A stretch of 51,312 nucleotides of DNA from an uncultured Methanosarcinales archaeon (GCA_964432865.1 CAYSOY010000001.1:1-51312); one strand, 5' to 3'. Shown: positions 7,640 to 17,454, numbered from the stretch's first letter. Notes: generated by a model from the sequence alone, not told the origin. A program made the numbers and translations.

Positions 7640-9772
7640 CTACTTCACACCGCAGGCGCTGTGACCGCAGTTGGGGCAGGTAGAGCATCCTTCTTGAAGT
7701 GCCAGTTTGGTCCCGCACTCAGGACATTTCTGGTCCTCAACGTCGTCAACTTCTTTATCCTCCTTAGACTTATCCTCGGCAGTCTCTTCCACTTCGTCGT
7801 CTTTTTCTTCATCGTCGCTGTTCTCAAGGTTCAGTACCTGCTGGCTCTTGCACCCATCTCGATAGACAGTTATTCCTTTCAGCCCTTTCTCATAAGCAGA
7901 GAGGTAGCCGTCTCGGATGTCTTCTTTGGTAGCGGAGTTGGGGAAGTTGATTGTCTTAGAGACCGCGTTGTCCGTGTGTCTCTGGAAAGCCGCCTGCATG
8001 TTTACGTGTTCCTGCGGAGTCATATCGTGGGCTACAGGGAATCTTTCTTGAATCTCCTCAGGGACCTCTTCCAACCCTTGTACTGAGCCGTGGTTATCAT
8101 CTATCTTCTTCCAGAGTTCTTCAGGATCCAATCCAAAATAATCGTTCTCCTCTGCTTCTTCCTCAAAAACAGGGTTGACTTCAAAAAAGGTATTTTTCTC
8201 TTTCGGCTCTTCACCTCTATCCAATGCGTCGAGTGCTTCAGCGTTGTACCTGACGTACGCCAGGGCAAAGAACGGCTCTATTCCTGATCCTTGAAGCCCC
8301 GCCGCTATAGCAATTGTACCGGTAGGAGCGATAGTAGTCCTGGCAGCGTTTCTGGGCTTCGAGTCAACACCTCTAAAGTGCTCGCCTTTCTTGTCATATA
8401 TCGAGTCCTTGTAATTCGGAAAGACACCTTTCTCCTCTGCGATCTTATTGGAGGCTTCGAGAGCCTTTTCGTTGATAAAAGACATTATCTTCTCTCCAAA
8501 CTCAAATCCTTCTTCGGAATTGTAAGGTATCCCGAGCATGGAGAGAGTTTCAGCAAGACCCATAACACCGAGCCCTATTCTTCTGTTCCTCTTCGCCATC
8601 ACTTCTATCTTCTCCAGAGGGTAGTTGTTTATATCTATGACGTCGTCTAAGAACCTTATGGCTTTGTGAACTGTCTCTTCAAGAAAGTCAAAGTCGAACT
8701 CGCCGTCCTCCACAAACTTAGAGAGGTTTATACTCCCAAGATTGCAGGGTTCGAAAGGAAGCAGGGGTTGTTCCCCGCAAGGGTTGGTAGATGTTATTCT
8801 TCCCTCACCGGGCACAGGGTTGGAGTTTGATTGATTTATCCTGTCTATGAAGATCACACCGGGGTCGCCGGTAGCCCATGCGTTCTTCACAATCAGGTCA
8901 AATATTTCATCGGCGCTCTCTTCTCCTACTTTTTCGTCGTTCCTCGGATTTATCAAGTCATAGTTCTCTCCTCTCTCCGCTTTTTCAATAAACTCTTCTG
9001 TCACCGCAACTGAGATGTTAAAGTTTTCAAGGACTTCTTCTTTGTTCTTTGCAAGGATGAACTCTCTTATGTCGGGGTGGTCGTACCTCAGAACAGCCAT
9101 GTTGGCTCCTCTCCTCATGCCTCCTTGTTTTATTACTTCTGTAGAGACATCGAACAGTTTTGTGAAAGAGATGGGGCCGGAGGAGACTCCTTTGGTCGTC
9201 CTTACCACGTCGTTTTTTGGCCTGAGGCTGGAGAAGGAAAAACCCGTCCCACCTCCGGACTTCTGTATCACCGCCATGTTTTTAACCGAGTCGTAGATCT
9301 CCGGGATAGAGTCAGGTACTGGTAGGACAAAGCAAGCGCTTAGTTGTTGGAGGGGTCTTCCCGCGTTCATCAAGGTGGGGCTGTTTGGGAGGAATTTGAA
9401 GTTGGACATTAAGTCGTAGAAAACTTCTTCTTTCTCCTCTACTGCTTCTTTGAACTCTTCTGTCTCACTCAAGTCTTCGAGTTGAGACAGCAGTTCTTTA
9501 AAGTTCCCCCTTATCTCTTCTTGAGAGGAGAGGGCTGAATGAAAAAGAAAAGTATCTGTTCTCAAAGAGTGGATGTTGTCTTCGACCACTTCAAAACTGA
9601 CTCCTTCAAGATGTTTATCAGGGTCAAATTCATCGTGGAACAGTATCTCCGAGAGTGCTATGTTCTTTGAGACTGTTTCAAAAAGTTCTTTTACTGACTC
9701 AACTCCTACTAAATACTTGTCTTTTATAACTTTCTCCTGGTTCTCTGTAAGTTCGATCCCTATTTTAATCAA
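7640..9772 (-). CDS. nrdJ: class II (adenosylcobalamin-dependent) ribonucleotide reductase
   Basis: Motifs SACFVLPV, NPCGEQPLLPFEPCNLGS and TIAPTGT. An acidic linker is followed by a C-terminal Cys-rich zinc ribbon CPECG..CSTCPNCGHSACG. The apparent start is TTG. Confidence 0.9.
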   Translation of the reverse strand: MIKIGIELTENQEKVIKDKYLVGVESVKELFETVSKNIALSEILFHDEFDPDKHLEGVSFEVVEDNIHSLRTDTFLFHSALSSQEEIRGNFKELLSQLEDLSETEEFKEAVEEKEEVFYDLMSNFKFLPNSPTLMNAGRPLQQLSACFVLPVPDSIPEIYDSVKNMAVIQKSGGGTGFSFSSLRPKNDVVRTTKGVSSGPISFTKLFDVSTEVIKQGGMRRGANMAVLRYDHPDIREFILAKNKEEVLENFNISVAVTEEFIEKAERGENYDLINPRNDEKVGEESADEIFDLIVKNAWATGDPGVIFIDRINQSNSNPVPGEGRITSTNPCGEQPLLPFEPCNLGSINLSKFVEDGEFDFDFLEETVHKAIRFLDDVIDINNYPLEKIEVMAKRNRRIGLGVMGLAETLSMLGIPYNSEEGFEFGEKIMSFINEKALEASNKIAEEKGVFPNYKDSIYDKKGEHFRGVDSKPRNAARTTIAPTGTIAIAAGLQGSGIEPFFALAYVRYNAEALDALDRGEEPKEKNTFFEVNPVFEEEAEENDYFGLDPEELWKKIDDNHGSVQGLEEVPEEIQERFPVAHDMTPQEHVNMQAAFQRHTDNAVSKTINFPNSATKEDIRDGYLSAYEKGLKGITVYRDGCKSQQVLNLENSDDEEKDDEVEETAEDKSKEDKEVDDVEDQKCPECGTKLALQEGCSTCPNCGHSACGVK

Positions 9773-10137
9773 CTCCTTTTCTCATATATTTTCTTATATA
9801 CTTTATCTTCTCTTTTTTCTCTCTTATCAGTATGTCTTTGGCTGAACACCTACCGGCACCTCCGCTAACTGACTAAACCCAAACGTATTCAAATTTTCTA
9901 AACGCTACCGAATATGTAGATTATAAAACTCCCGTAGGAGTTTATGGACATCAAAAACAATAAATCAAACAAGGTGTTCCACCGCTCCCAAACCCACTGC
10001 TTACAACAAATCGAAACGGTGATTTATAAATATTTTTGGTCTCTAAACACTACTTTCAAAAACATGAAAAAAAAGGGAAAGAACAACTTAGAGTGGGTAG
10101 AGAGGGCTCAAAAGAATCTTGTCGCAAAGGAAAAGTA

Positions 10138-12132
10138 TCACTCTCTCTTTTTTGCTCTTTTCTTCAGGTACTTGTCCAGCCTTATCATCATTCTCTCCTT
10201 AGAGCGGGTGGAGACTTTAGAGATTAACTTCTTGTCCTCGAGTTCGTTCTTCACCCAATCCTTTATTGCATTCTTGTCCTTGTTCACGAAATCAGAGAAC
10301 TCGTCCCTGGTCATCTTATCCAGTACGTGTAGGAGGTCGTAGGCGTCTTCCACCCTTCCTTTTGGAAGTTCTAAAGGCTTAACGTCCTTCTCTTCGGCTT
10401 CGTCTCTCTTCCCAACGTCGGAGTGTTTCTGGAAGAACTTTCGCTGATTATACCTCTGCACCATGACAAGCACCACTACGAGTAGTACCAGACCCCCGAA
10501 GACAAAGGAGAGTTCTTTGAACACCAGAGTCCAGGAAGTGCCGAAAAGAATAGATTTCTTCAAGAGTTCTGAAAGCACAACGTACGGGTTGTACTTGGTA
10601 AGTATCCTCACCACCCAGTCCATGCTCTCTATAGGGATGACAAGATTGGAGACGAACAACAGGATGCTTCCTATGGTTATAGAGGATATCGTCGCCGACT
10701 CCTGGCTGTTGGATAAGTGACCAATAATCATGCCAAAGAATGAGAAGAGAGCGATCGCCACCGCAAGTATGAAAGAAGTCACACCAAAGTCTCTGAAAAG
10801 AGAGTTCTGTATGAAGAAAAACGAGAGCAGGAGTATTGCCAGAACCTGAGCGACTATTATCAGATAAGAGGTCACAAAGGAGAGAAAGAGCTGGTAAGAA
10901 GGAGGGGTGGAGGTAGTGAAACTTCTGAAAGCAGCCCTGGATTTCTTGTCCGCAACTATCAAGGAACTGGAGAGGAGCAGACCCATAAACATTATTACAA
11001 GCATCAAGATGTAAGGATAGGTAAAAGTCAGATTTGAACTTTCCGAAGATATAGGCTCAATCTTTGTGGTCACAGGAGAGGTTATACTCTCCGCCTGGGT
11101 GATCTCAAGAGACTCAAGCGAGTCCAGAAGAAACATGAGAGAGCCTTTTATATTGTTGAGGTCTTTCTCGTTCTCCTCCAATCTCTTGACCGCGTCGCCG
11201 ATATCTGTCTTGGCAGCGGAAGCAGAGGATGTGAGGTTCTGGTAGGAGAGGCGCAGGTCTTCTATACCCGAGGAAAGGGCGTCTATGAAGTCGTAGGCTT
11301 CCCTTAACTTCTCTTCGCTTCCGTCGTTCTTGGCAACTATGCTCTCTCTGTGCTTGTTCAGACTGTCCTGTAACGAATCAATCTTGTTCTTTGTAGAATT
11401 TGAGCAGGAATCACAGCCGGACTCGAGGTCGGAGAGCAAGTCCTGGGTCTCCTCTATTGTGATAAGGGTCTCTTCTTCAAGAGAATCCGCCACGCCTTTA
11501 AAATGGGTAACTTTCCCCCTCAATCTCTTAAGGTCGAAACTCGTATTCGCCATCTCGTCAAACTGAATCTTTGAACCCGTGGTTGAGAGGTTCTTCAATG
11601 TCCCTGAAGTCCTTCTCCTTACCTCCCCGACCTTTCCTTTCTGCTCCCGTATCTGCTTCTTTGCAAAAGTCAACTTTTCAATAATCTCCTTGGTCATCTC
11701 GTAACTGAGGGAAGAGGACTGTAACTCCATCTTCTTTGAAAGAGAGTCTATTATCATATAGACCAGGTTTATCCTGGAGAAATCCGCGTAGAAAGTTATC
11801 TCGTTGCTTTTGTTGTTCTCTATCCTGAAGTCCTCGGGGAACTCTAAACACGCGTGGAGGCTTCCTTTCTCTATCTCCGAGATACATTTTGAAGTGTTGG
11901 AGTAGGTACTGACAAAGTATTTTTCGTCGTTAAGGGTTTGAACGTACTTGTCTGCGAGAGGGGTGTACTCTTGTGAACTCACTCCTACTTTTGCCTTGGT
12001 CTCTCCACTCCCTGAGAAAGCAAAACTTACCAGAAGGATTATTAGGATCGGGCCAAAGATTATTGTGAATGCTGTCTCTTTCTTTCTGAACAGCAGTTTC
12101 AGATTCTTCCCGATCGCTTTTGCAAATTTCAT
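10138..12132 (-). CDS. ABC-2-type permease with YhgE/Pip-like architecture (large extracytoplasmic coiled-coil insert) and extended cytoplasmic tail
   Basis: One N-terminal TM, ~330 aa of soluble coiled-coil region (contains CDSC), five C-terminal TMs, then a ~110-aa charged tail. Lies immediately downstream of the ABC ATPase. Confidence 0.7.
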   Translation of the reverse strand: MKFAKAIGKNLKLLFRKKETAFTIIFGPILIILLVSFAFSGSGETKAKVGVSSQEYTPLADKYVQTLNDEKYFVSTYSNTSKCISEIEKGSLHACLEFPEDFRIENNKSNEITFYADFSRINLVYMIIDSLSKKMELQSSSLSYEMTKEIIEKLTFAKKQIREQKGKVGEVRRRTSGTLKNLSTTGSKIQFDEMANTSFDLKRLRGKVTHFKGVADSLEEETLITIEETQDLLSDLESGCDSCSNSTKNKIDSLQDSLNKHRESIVAKNDGSEEKLREAYDFIDALSSGIEDLRLSYQNLTSSASAAKTDIGDAVKRLEENEKDLNNIKGSLMFLLDSLESLEITQAESITSPVTTKIEPISSESSNLTFTYPYILMLVIMFMGLLLSSSLIVADKKSRAAFRSFTTSTPPSYQLFLSFVTSYLIIVAQVLAILLLSFFFIQNSLFRDFGVTSFILAVAIALFSFFGMIIGHLSNSQESATISSITIGSILLFVSNLVIPIESMDWVVRILTKYNPYVVLSELLKKSILFGTSWTLVFKELSFVFGGLVLLVVVLVMVQRYNQRKFFQKHSDVGKRDEAEEKDVKPLELPKGRVEDAYDLLHVLDKMTRDEFSDFVNKDKNAIKDWVKNELEDKKLISKVSTRSKERMMIRLDKYLKKRAKKRE

Positions 12133-12163
12133 TCTCTTACACCATACTCGTTCTTCTGTTCTA

Positions 12164-13129
12164 CTAATCTTTTTTTGTGGAATAGATTTTTTTGAAGACG
12201 TCGTCCAAGTTGGGTTTTTTCAACTTGACATCTATCAATGACTCGTCGTGTTTCTCCAAAAGGAGAAGCGCCTCTTTTATAACAGATGACGGGTCCTTGG
12301 TCTTTATTATCAAAGAGGGACCTTCCTCCACTATCTCCGTGACTTTCTCTTTCTTCAAAGAGTCGATTATTTTCTTATACTCGCCGGGGTAACTCTCCAG
12401 GAGTATCTTCTGGTCTTTGGTATGCCTCAACTTCAACTTGTTCGGGGAGTCAAGAGCAACTATCTCGGAGTTCTTCAAGATGGCTATTCTGTTGCACAGG
12501 TTGTCCAGTTCGTTCAGGTGGTGACTGCTTATTATCACTGTTGTTCCTTTCATATTTATTTTCTTGACTATCGCCAGTATCTGGTTTCTCAGCATAGGGT
12601 CCAGGTCAGAGGTCGGCTCGTCCAGTATCAAGACTTCTGGGTTGTGTATCATCGCGCACGCTATATCCAGCCGTCTCATCATTCCGCCGGAGAGGTTTCT
12701 GGAGAGAACGTACTGGCACGTTTTTAAGTCGAGTAGTCTGAGAAGAACTCTCATGTTCTTTTTTACAGATTCTTTCTCCAACCCGTACATCTCTCCAAAG
12801 TACTCGAGGTTTTCTCTTACAGTGAGGTTTTCGTAGAAACTCGGCGATTGGCTTGCAAACCCGTACTTGGAGTTCACCTTCATCGGGTTCTTGATTACTT
12901 GGTAGAACTCTTTTTTCTTGTGGCTCTTAGCCAGTATCTTTCCCTTGTCCACGGGGATGAAACCCACCATTGAGTTGAGAAGTGTCGTCTTACCCGCGCC
13001 GGAAGCCCCAACGAAGCCAATAATCTCACCTTTCTTAACAGTAATATCTATGTCTTTAAGAACTGTGTTACTCCCGAAAGACTTATTGACGTCCTTCAGT
13101 TTAAAAACTGTCTCTTCAGCCCCACCCAT
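12164..13129 (-). CDS. ABC transporter ATP-binding protein
   Basis: Walker A GASGAGKTT, signature LSGGMMRRL, Walker B LILDEPTSDLD, H-loop SSHH. Confidence 0.9.
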   Translation of the reverse strand: MGGAEETVFKLKDVNKSFGSNTVLKDIDITVKKGEIIGFVGASGAGKTTLLNSMVGFIPVDKGKILAKSHKKKEFYQVIKNPMKVNSKYGFASQSPSFYENLTVRENLEYFGEMYGLEKESVKKNMRVLLRLLDLKTCQYVLSRNLSGGMMRRLDIACAMIHNPEVLILDEPTSDLDPMLRNQILAIVKKINMKGTTVIISSHHLNELDNLCNRIAILKNSEIVALDSPNKLKLRHTKDQKILLESYPGEYKKIIDSLKKEKVTEIVEEGPSLIIKTKDPSSVIKEALLLLEKHDESLIDVKLKKPNLDDVFKKIYSTKKD

Positions 13130-13271
13130 TATAAAGTGAGGTATAAAGTCTTATTTATAAAAGTTGCTATGCTCTCTGCCTTATTTTGTTATTGATTATT
13201 TTATTATTGATTTTTGTTATATTGATTATAATGACCTAAACCCTTCAATTCTTGCTTACCTAAAACCATAA

Positions 13272-14978
13272 CTATTCTCTCCATATCTCGTATATGAATA
13301 TCAGGAAGCCGGAGATGTAGAAAAGAGCATTTATCAACAGGAACAAGAGGAAGAAGAAGGAGAGAACAAAGAAGTTCTCCTGGAACAGAGAGGTTATTTG
13401 AGAGAGGTAGTATTTGAAAGTGGATATGAAGTAGAGCCACGCGTAGAACCCGAGGAAGATCACAGAAGAGAGCAGTAGTATAAGAGTCAAGTACTTCTTC
13501 ACTCGTTCAAACAAACCAAGGAAAAAGACCACTCCAAAGACTGACAAGGATAAGAGAAGAATGACCTCTGCTTTTACAGGCGCGATGGAGAGCGGTGCAG
13601 AAGTTATGTCCACTCCGACCAAAGAGCCACTCTTCAGACCCTTCAAGGTGTAGACGGGGGCGGTGAGGAAAGCAGTTAGGGAGGAGAAGAAAAAAGCAAG
13701 GAAAAAAGGACTGAAATCCGGGTAGTGCATCTCTTCAAAAGAGGAGTGCCTCATTTTAAAAATCTTGTACCAGATGTATCCGGGCAGGACCAGCAGGAGA
13801 AGAAGGGCGGAGTAGTTCAACAAGTAAAGCGCCAAGAAGGAGAGCGTGGCGAGTATGCTTGGAGAGAACGAAGAGGATATCAGAGCGAGGAGAGAGTGAT
13901 GGCCGGGGCCAAGCGTCCCGAAGTATATCGCGTCGTGGAAGCCCACGAGATAAGGTATCATGAAGTTCCCCACGTCTGTAAGGAGGTGGAGTACCAGCAG
14001 ACCGGACAGCCCGAGCAAGATTCTGTGCTTCGTGTGGAAAAGACCTATGAACTTCTTGTAGAACCCCTCGCCGAAGTTACCGACTGAAGAGAGCCAGTTA
14101 TCAAGCTCCATCTCGGCACCTCTGAGCAGAAGGAGAACTGTGCCTGCCAAGCCGAGCATGAGAAGAGGGGCGTCTATGGCTATCGCCAGCCACTCCATCA
14201 TCAAGTTAAACACGAGAACAAAGAAGGCTGAAAGCACGGCGAAGACAAGAACACATCTAAGAATCTTGGACCAACCCGGGGCAGAGCCTTCTTCGTGGAG
14301 CACTGCAAGCACAGACGGACTTTTTATCTCGGAAAAGAAGGTCATGTACAGGGTTATCAAAAGCATTACCCCTCCGCCTATGAAGAAACCCCACCTCTCC
14401 AGGAGAAAAGAGTGCTTTATCAAGGTGTTGTAGAGTTGGAGGACGAAACCGTCGAACCCGCTCGCAATCAGCTTGAAAGATTCTGTCCCGGTTCCTGAAA
14501 CAAAAGAGAACCCGATGGATGTTTTGAAAAGGGTTAGTTTCGAAGCATAAGACTTCATCATCTCAGAAGCGCCGGGGATACCCCCTACTGTCTGTATGGT
14601 AGTCATGGTCGCGTTTGAAACATTTATCTTTATCTGTTCAGCCACGCCTCCTTTGACAAACTGGAGGTAGGAGGGGGCGTTGTTTATTATCTCCTCGCGG
14701 GCAGAGACTGCGAAGCCTATCAAGTTCTTCACTATCATCGAAAAGAAGCCTATGATCAGAGAGAAGTCGAACAACTTGTTCTTCTTGCCGAACAGCACCT
14801 CTGTCGGGCTTGCCTGGTAGAGAAGGTAGCCGAGAGCCACCCAGGAGACCACTTTCTTTATGTAGTCCCCGCCGGGGCTTAGGACTTCAAAAAAGTCCAG
14901 TATGTTCAGAAGTATTATTCCTCCAAGAATTATCTCTTCTGCTCTGAACCCCCACGACTTATAGGTTTTATGAACCAA
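13272..14978 (-). CDS. hypothetical polytopic membrane protein (about 14 predicted TM segments)
   Basis: 568-aa ORF. TTG start preceded by GAGGTGA at -9. Hydrophobic throughout; no family recognised. Confidence 0.6.
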   Translation of the reverse strand: MVHKTYKSWGFRAEEIILGGIILLNILDFFEVLSPGGDYIKKVVSWVALGYLLYQASPTEVLFGKKNKLFDFSLIIGFFSMIVKNLIGFAVSAREEIINNAPSYLQFVKGGVAEQIKINVSNATMTTIQTVGGIPGASEMMKSYASKLTLFKTSIGFSFVSGTGTESFKLIASGFDGFVLQLYNTLIKHSFLLERWGFFIGGGVMLLITLYMTFFSEIKSPSVLAVLHEEGSAPGWSKILRCVLVFAVLSAFFVLVFNLMMEWLAIAIDAPLLMLGLAGTVLLLLRGAEMELDNWLSSVGNFGEGFYKKFIGLFHTKHRILLGLSGLLVLHLLTDVGNFMIPYLVGFHDAIYFGTLGPGHHSLLALISSSFSPSILATLSFLALYLLNYSALLLLLVLPGYIWYKIFKMRHSSFEEMHYPDFSPFFLAFFFSSLTAFLTAPVYTLKGLKSGSLVGVDITSAPLSIAPVKAEVILLLSLSVFGVVFFLGLFERVKKYLTLILLLSSVIFLGFYAWLYFISTFKYYLSQITSLFQENFFVLSFFFLLFLLINALFYISGFLIFIYEIWRE

Positions 14979-15038
14979 GACTTCTTCACCTCTTCCCTTC
15001 TACGTCCTTTAGACGCTGTCTCTTATCGCACATTGAAC

Positions 15039-15340
15039 AAAAAACGCGTGTCGGAGAGTCGATCCTTTCGCAGAGGAGAGGCGACCTCCCTTTTTCCTCC
15101 TCTCCGCAACCCTCAGTACATACCCCCGGCAGATTAGGGCTGCACCGTTCCCGGCCTCTCGGGCGCGCAAAGAACTCTTCTTCCACGCAAGACCCGGTTC
15201 ACTACCCGGAACATCACTGAGGACAGAGTATCGGCAGTCCAAGAAAGACCTTTCCTCATTGGAAAAACCTCGTCCCCGACTTCGCCCCCATCATAAAGCC
15301 GATTTATGGTTACAAGGCACGGCTATCGCCCCAGGCTAGC
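15039..15340 (-). ncRNA. ffs: signal recognition particle RNA (7S RNA)
   Basis: The minus strand begins GCUAGCCUGGGGCGAUAGCCGUGCCUUGUAACC..GGGGGCGAAG, resembling archaeal SRP Alu-domain 5' ends recalled from memory. Helix 8 is AGGCCGGGAACGGUGCAGCC with a GGAA tetraloop (RC of ~15138-15157). Helix 5 pairs CCUCAGU with ACUGAGG. The RNA ends in a U6 run, and TTTAAAAAGA lies ~21 nt upstream. Confidence 0.85.
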
Positions 15341-15361
15341 ATAAGAAGTAACTCATATATT

Positions 15362-15371
15362 CTTTTTAAAA
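15362..15371 (-). promoter_or_regulatory. TATA-like box for SRP RNA
   Basis: TTTAAAAAGA on the minus strand, 21 nt upstream of the inferred +1 (15340). Confidence 0.45.
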
Positions 15372-15572
15372 GGTTCGGTTTGGAAAAAAGAGCAGACTCT
15401 TTTAAAAAAATCAGATTTTCTCAAAGTAACTTCTTATATACTGGAGAGTTGTTGATTGAGAAACTAATTACTGTATATCATAAAAATCAACTGAAACTTC
15501 TATTGTTTCATATTCGAATAGGTCTGATTTCACAATTAACTTTTTAAATACAAACGGTTTTCCTGCTTTAAT

Positions 15573-16553
15573 ATGTGGGGCGTGTTGGTTTTATGGATTT
15601 CTATATTTGTAGTCAGTATGGTTGTTCTTATTAAGTCTTCGGACTTCTTTACAGATGCTGCTGAGAAGGTTGGCAAGCATTTAAACTTTCCTTCGTTTAT
15701 CATAGGTGTGGTTATTGTATCTATAGGAACCTCCCTACCTGAACTCGTCTCTTCAACAATCGCTGTTTTTGGAGGAGAAGCAGGTATAATGGTGGGCAAC
15801 GTTGTAGGTTCCAACATAACCAATGTCTTCCTTGTTCTGGGGGTTGTAAGTATCCTGGCAGGTCATATAAAGTTATCTCACAATATCATGAAGATCGACC
15901 TTCCTCTGCTTATCGGCTCTGCCTTTGTAATATCCTTGATGCTTTACGACGGGGTTTTTACAGTGCCGGAAGCAATAGTCTCTCTTATCGGCTTCATAAT
16001 CTACATCGCCTATGCCTCATCTGTTGAGAGCAAGGAGAAGACTCAGATAAAGAAAAAATCTGAGAAGTTGGAAGAGAAGAGCAGGAACGAGTCAAAGCCC
16101 GTGTGGAAGGCGTGGGTTGTCCTTATAGTATCCTCTATTTTCATCTACTTCGGCGCTGAGTGGACTATAAACTCTATTATAAAATTGTCTTCGCTGATAG
16201 ATGTAGGTACAGAGGTTATTGCTACAAGCGCTGTTGCCTTGGGGACTTCGCTTCCTGAGTTGATGGTTAGTTTGACCGCGCTCAAGAGAAACAGAGTGGA
16301 GATGGCTGTTGGAAACGTTCTTGGCTCAAACATTTTCAACTCGTTCGCGGTTCTGGGGATACCTTCTATTCTGGGAACAAGTATTATTGGACCGATATCA
16401 TTCAACTATCCTCTTCTAATGATTGTTATGATGGTTATAGCGTCGCTGTTGTACTTGTTCATGACTATGGATTCAGAGGTTACCAAGTGGGAGGGTTGGA
16501 CTCTGATACTATTCTACCTCTTCTTCCTTGGGAAGTTGTTTGGATTAATTTGA
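15573..16553 (+). CDS. Ca2+/cation antiporter (CaCA, YrbG-type Na+/Ca2+ exchanger)
   Basis: Two alpha-repeats: GTSLPELVSS..GNVVGSNITNV and GTSLPELMVS..GNVLGSNIFNS. A charged central loop separates ~10 TM segments. Confidence 0.85.
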   Translation: MWGVLVLWISIFVVSMVVLIKSSDFFTDAAEKVGKHLNFPSFIIGVVIVSIGTSLPELVSSTIAVFGGEAGIMVGNVVGSNITNVFLVLGVVSILAGHIKLSHNIMKIDLPLLIGSAFVISLMLYDGVFTVPEAIVSLIGFIIYIAYASSVESKEKTQIKKKSEKLEEKSRNESKPVWKAWVVLIVSSIFIYFGAEWTINSIIKLSSLIDVGTEVIATSAVALGTSLPELMVSLTALKRNRVEMAVGNVLGSNIFNSFAVLGIPSILGTSIIGPISFNYPLLMIVMMVIASLLYLFMTMDSEVTKWEGWTLILFYLFFLGKLFGLI

Positions 16554-16647
16554 CCTGGCAGAGCCATTCAACCAAAATATTTATAACTTCGAAAAATATG
16601 TACTCTTAACAAGGTCTATTCGAAAAGAGGTGTTTGGGGAGGTGCCG

Positions 16648-17454
16648 ATGGCTAACAGGATAGTTTTTTTAGGTACAGCGGGAGACTCTTATCTTATGGG
16701 CTCACAAGCCCTGCGGACCGGTGGTATAGTCTTGGATCTTGAAGACGACCAGTTTCATATAGACCCTGGGCCGGGCTCTCTTATCAGGCTCAGAGACTTG
16801 AACCTCAACCCAAGGGGGCACACGGCTGTTCTGGTCTCAAACAATTCTCTGCTGAAATGCGATGATCTTAACGCAGTCATAGATGCGATGAGTTACGGAG
16901 GTGAAGACCCTCACGGCGTCGTCCTCTGTGCAGAATCGATAACTTCTTTTACCGAGGAGTCGAGGCCTCGACTGATGAAAGAGCAAGAGGGCCAGGTAGA
17001 AAAAGTAGTAGAAGTAACTCCTGATTCCAAAGTCGGGATAAATTATTTGGACTTTGGTTTTCCAAAAACAAGAGGGGTTGACGAGACAGGTGTTGGTTTT
17101 AAAATAATGACAGGATCGGTTGTCATATCTTACACAGGGGATACCTCTTACTTCTCAGGACTCCCCGCGCAACACAAAGACTCAGATATACTTATTGTAA
17201 ACTGCAAGCACCCCGCGTCTATCTCAGAGAAAGGTTTTATGAACCTTGAAGACGCATCTAAACTCGTAGGAGAAGTACAGCCGAAACTTGCTGTTATTAC
17301 TGGTTTCGGCACGAAACTCTATCAGAAGGACGTCATCCAAGAGGCGAGGGAGATACAGAAGAGGACAGGCGTTGAGACCACGGCGGGGCAGGAAGGTCTT
17401 GAAGTAGAACTTGCTTCTTATGAAAGCAGAACTAAGCAGACGAAGTTAAAGTAG
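16648..17454 (+). CDS. metallo-beta-lactamase-fold protein with degenerate metal-binding motifs
   Basis: RIVFLGTAGDS..FHIDPGPGS and ISYTGDTSY resemble RNase Z/MBL motifs I and IV, but no HxHxDH is present. ATG 16648 is preferred over GTG 16630. Confidence 0.55.
   Translation: MANRIVFLGTAGDSYLMGSQALRTGGIVLDLEDDQFHIDPGPGSLIRLRDLNLNPRGHTAVLVSNNSLLKCDDLNAVIDAMSYGGEDPHGVVLCAESITSFTEESRPRLMKEQEGQVEKVVEVTPDSKVGINYLDFGFPKTRGVDETGVGFKIMTGSVVISYTGDTSYFSGLPAQHKDSDILIVNCKHPASISEKGFMNLEDASKLVGEVQPKLAVITGFGTKLYQKDVIQEAREIQKRTGVETTAGQEGLEVELASYESRTKQTKLK

Noticed and set aside
7539-7718. Upstream part of track ORF 7368..7718, overlapping the 3' end of nrdJ
   Set aside because: Only the last 56 codons look like Sec61-beta. 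The upstream part is antisense or overlapping junk, and an ATG with an upstream TTTTTTAAATA promoter element sits at 7538.
14986-15242. Track ORFs 14986..15186 and 15009..15242 (minus)
   Set aside because: They lie inside the SRP/7S RNA gene (helix 8 GGAA tetraloop, helix 5 pairing, U-run terminator). The Arg/Cys/Gly-rich translations are not credible proteins.
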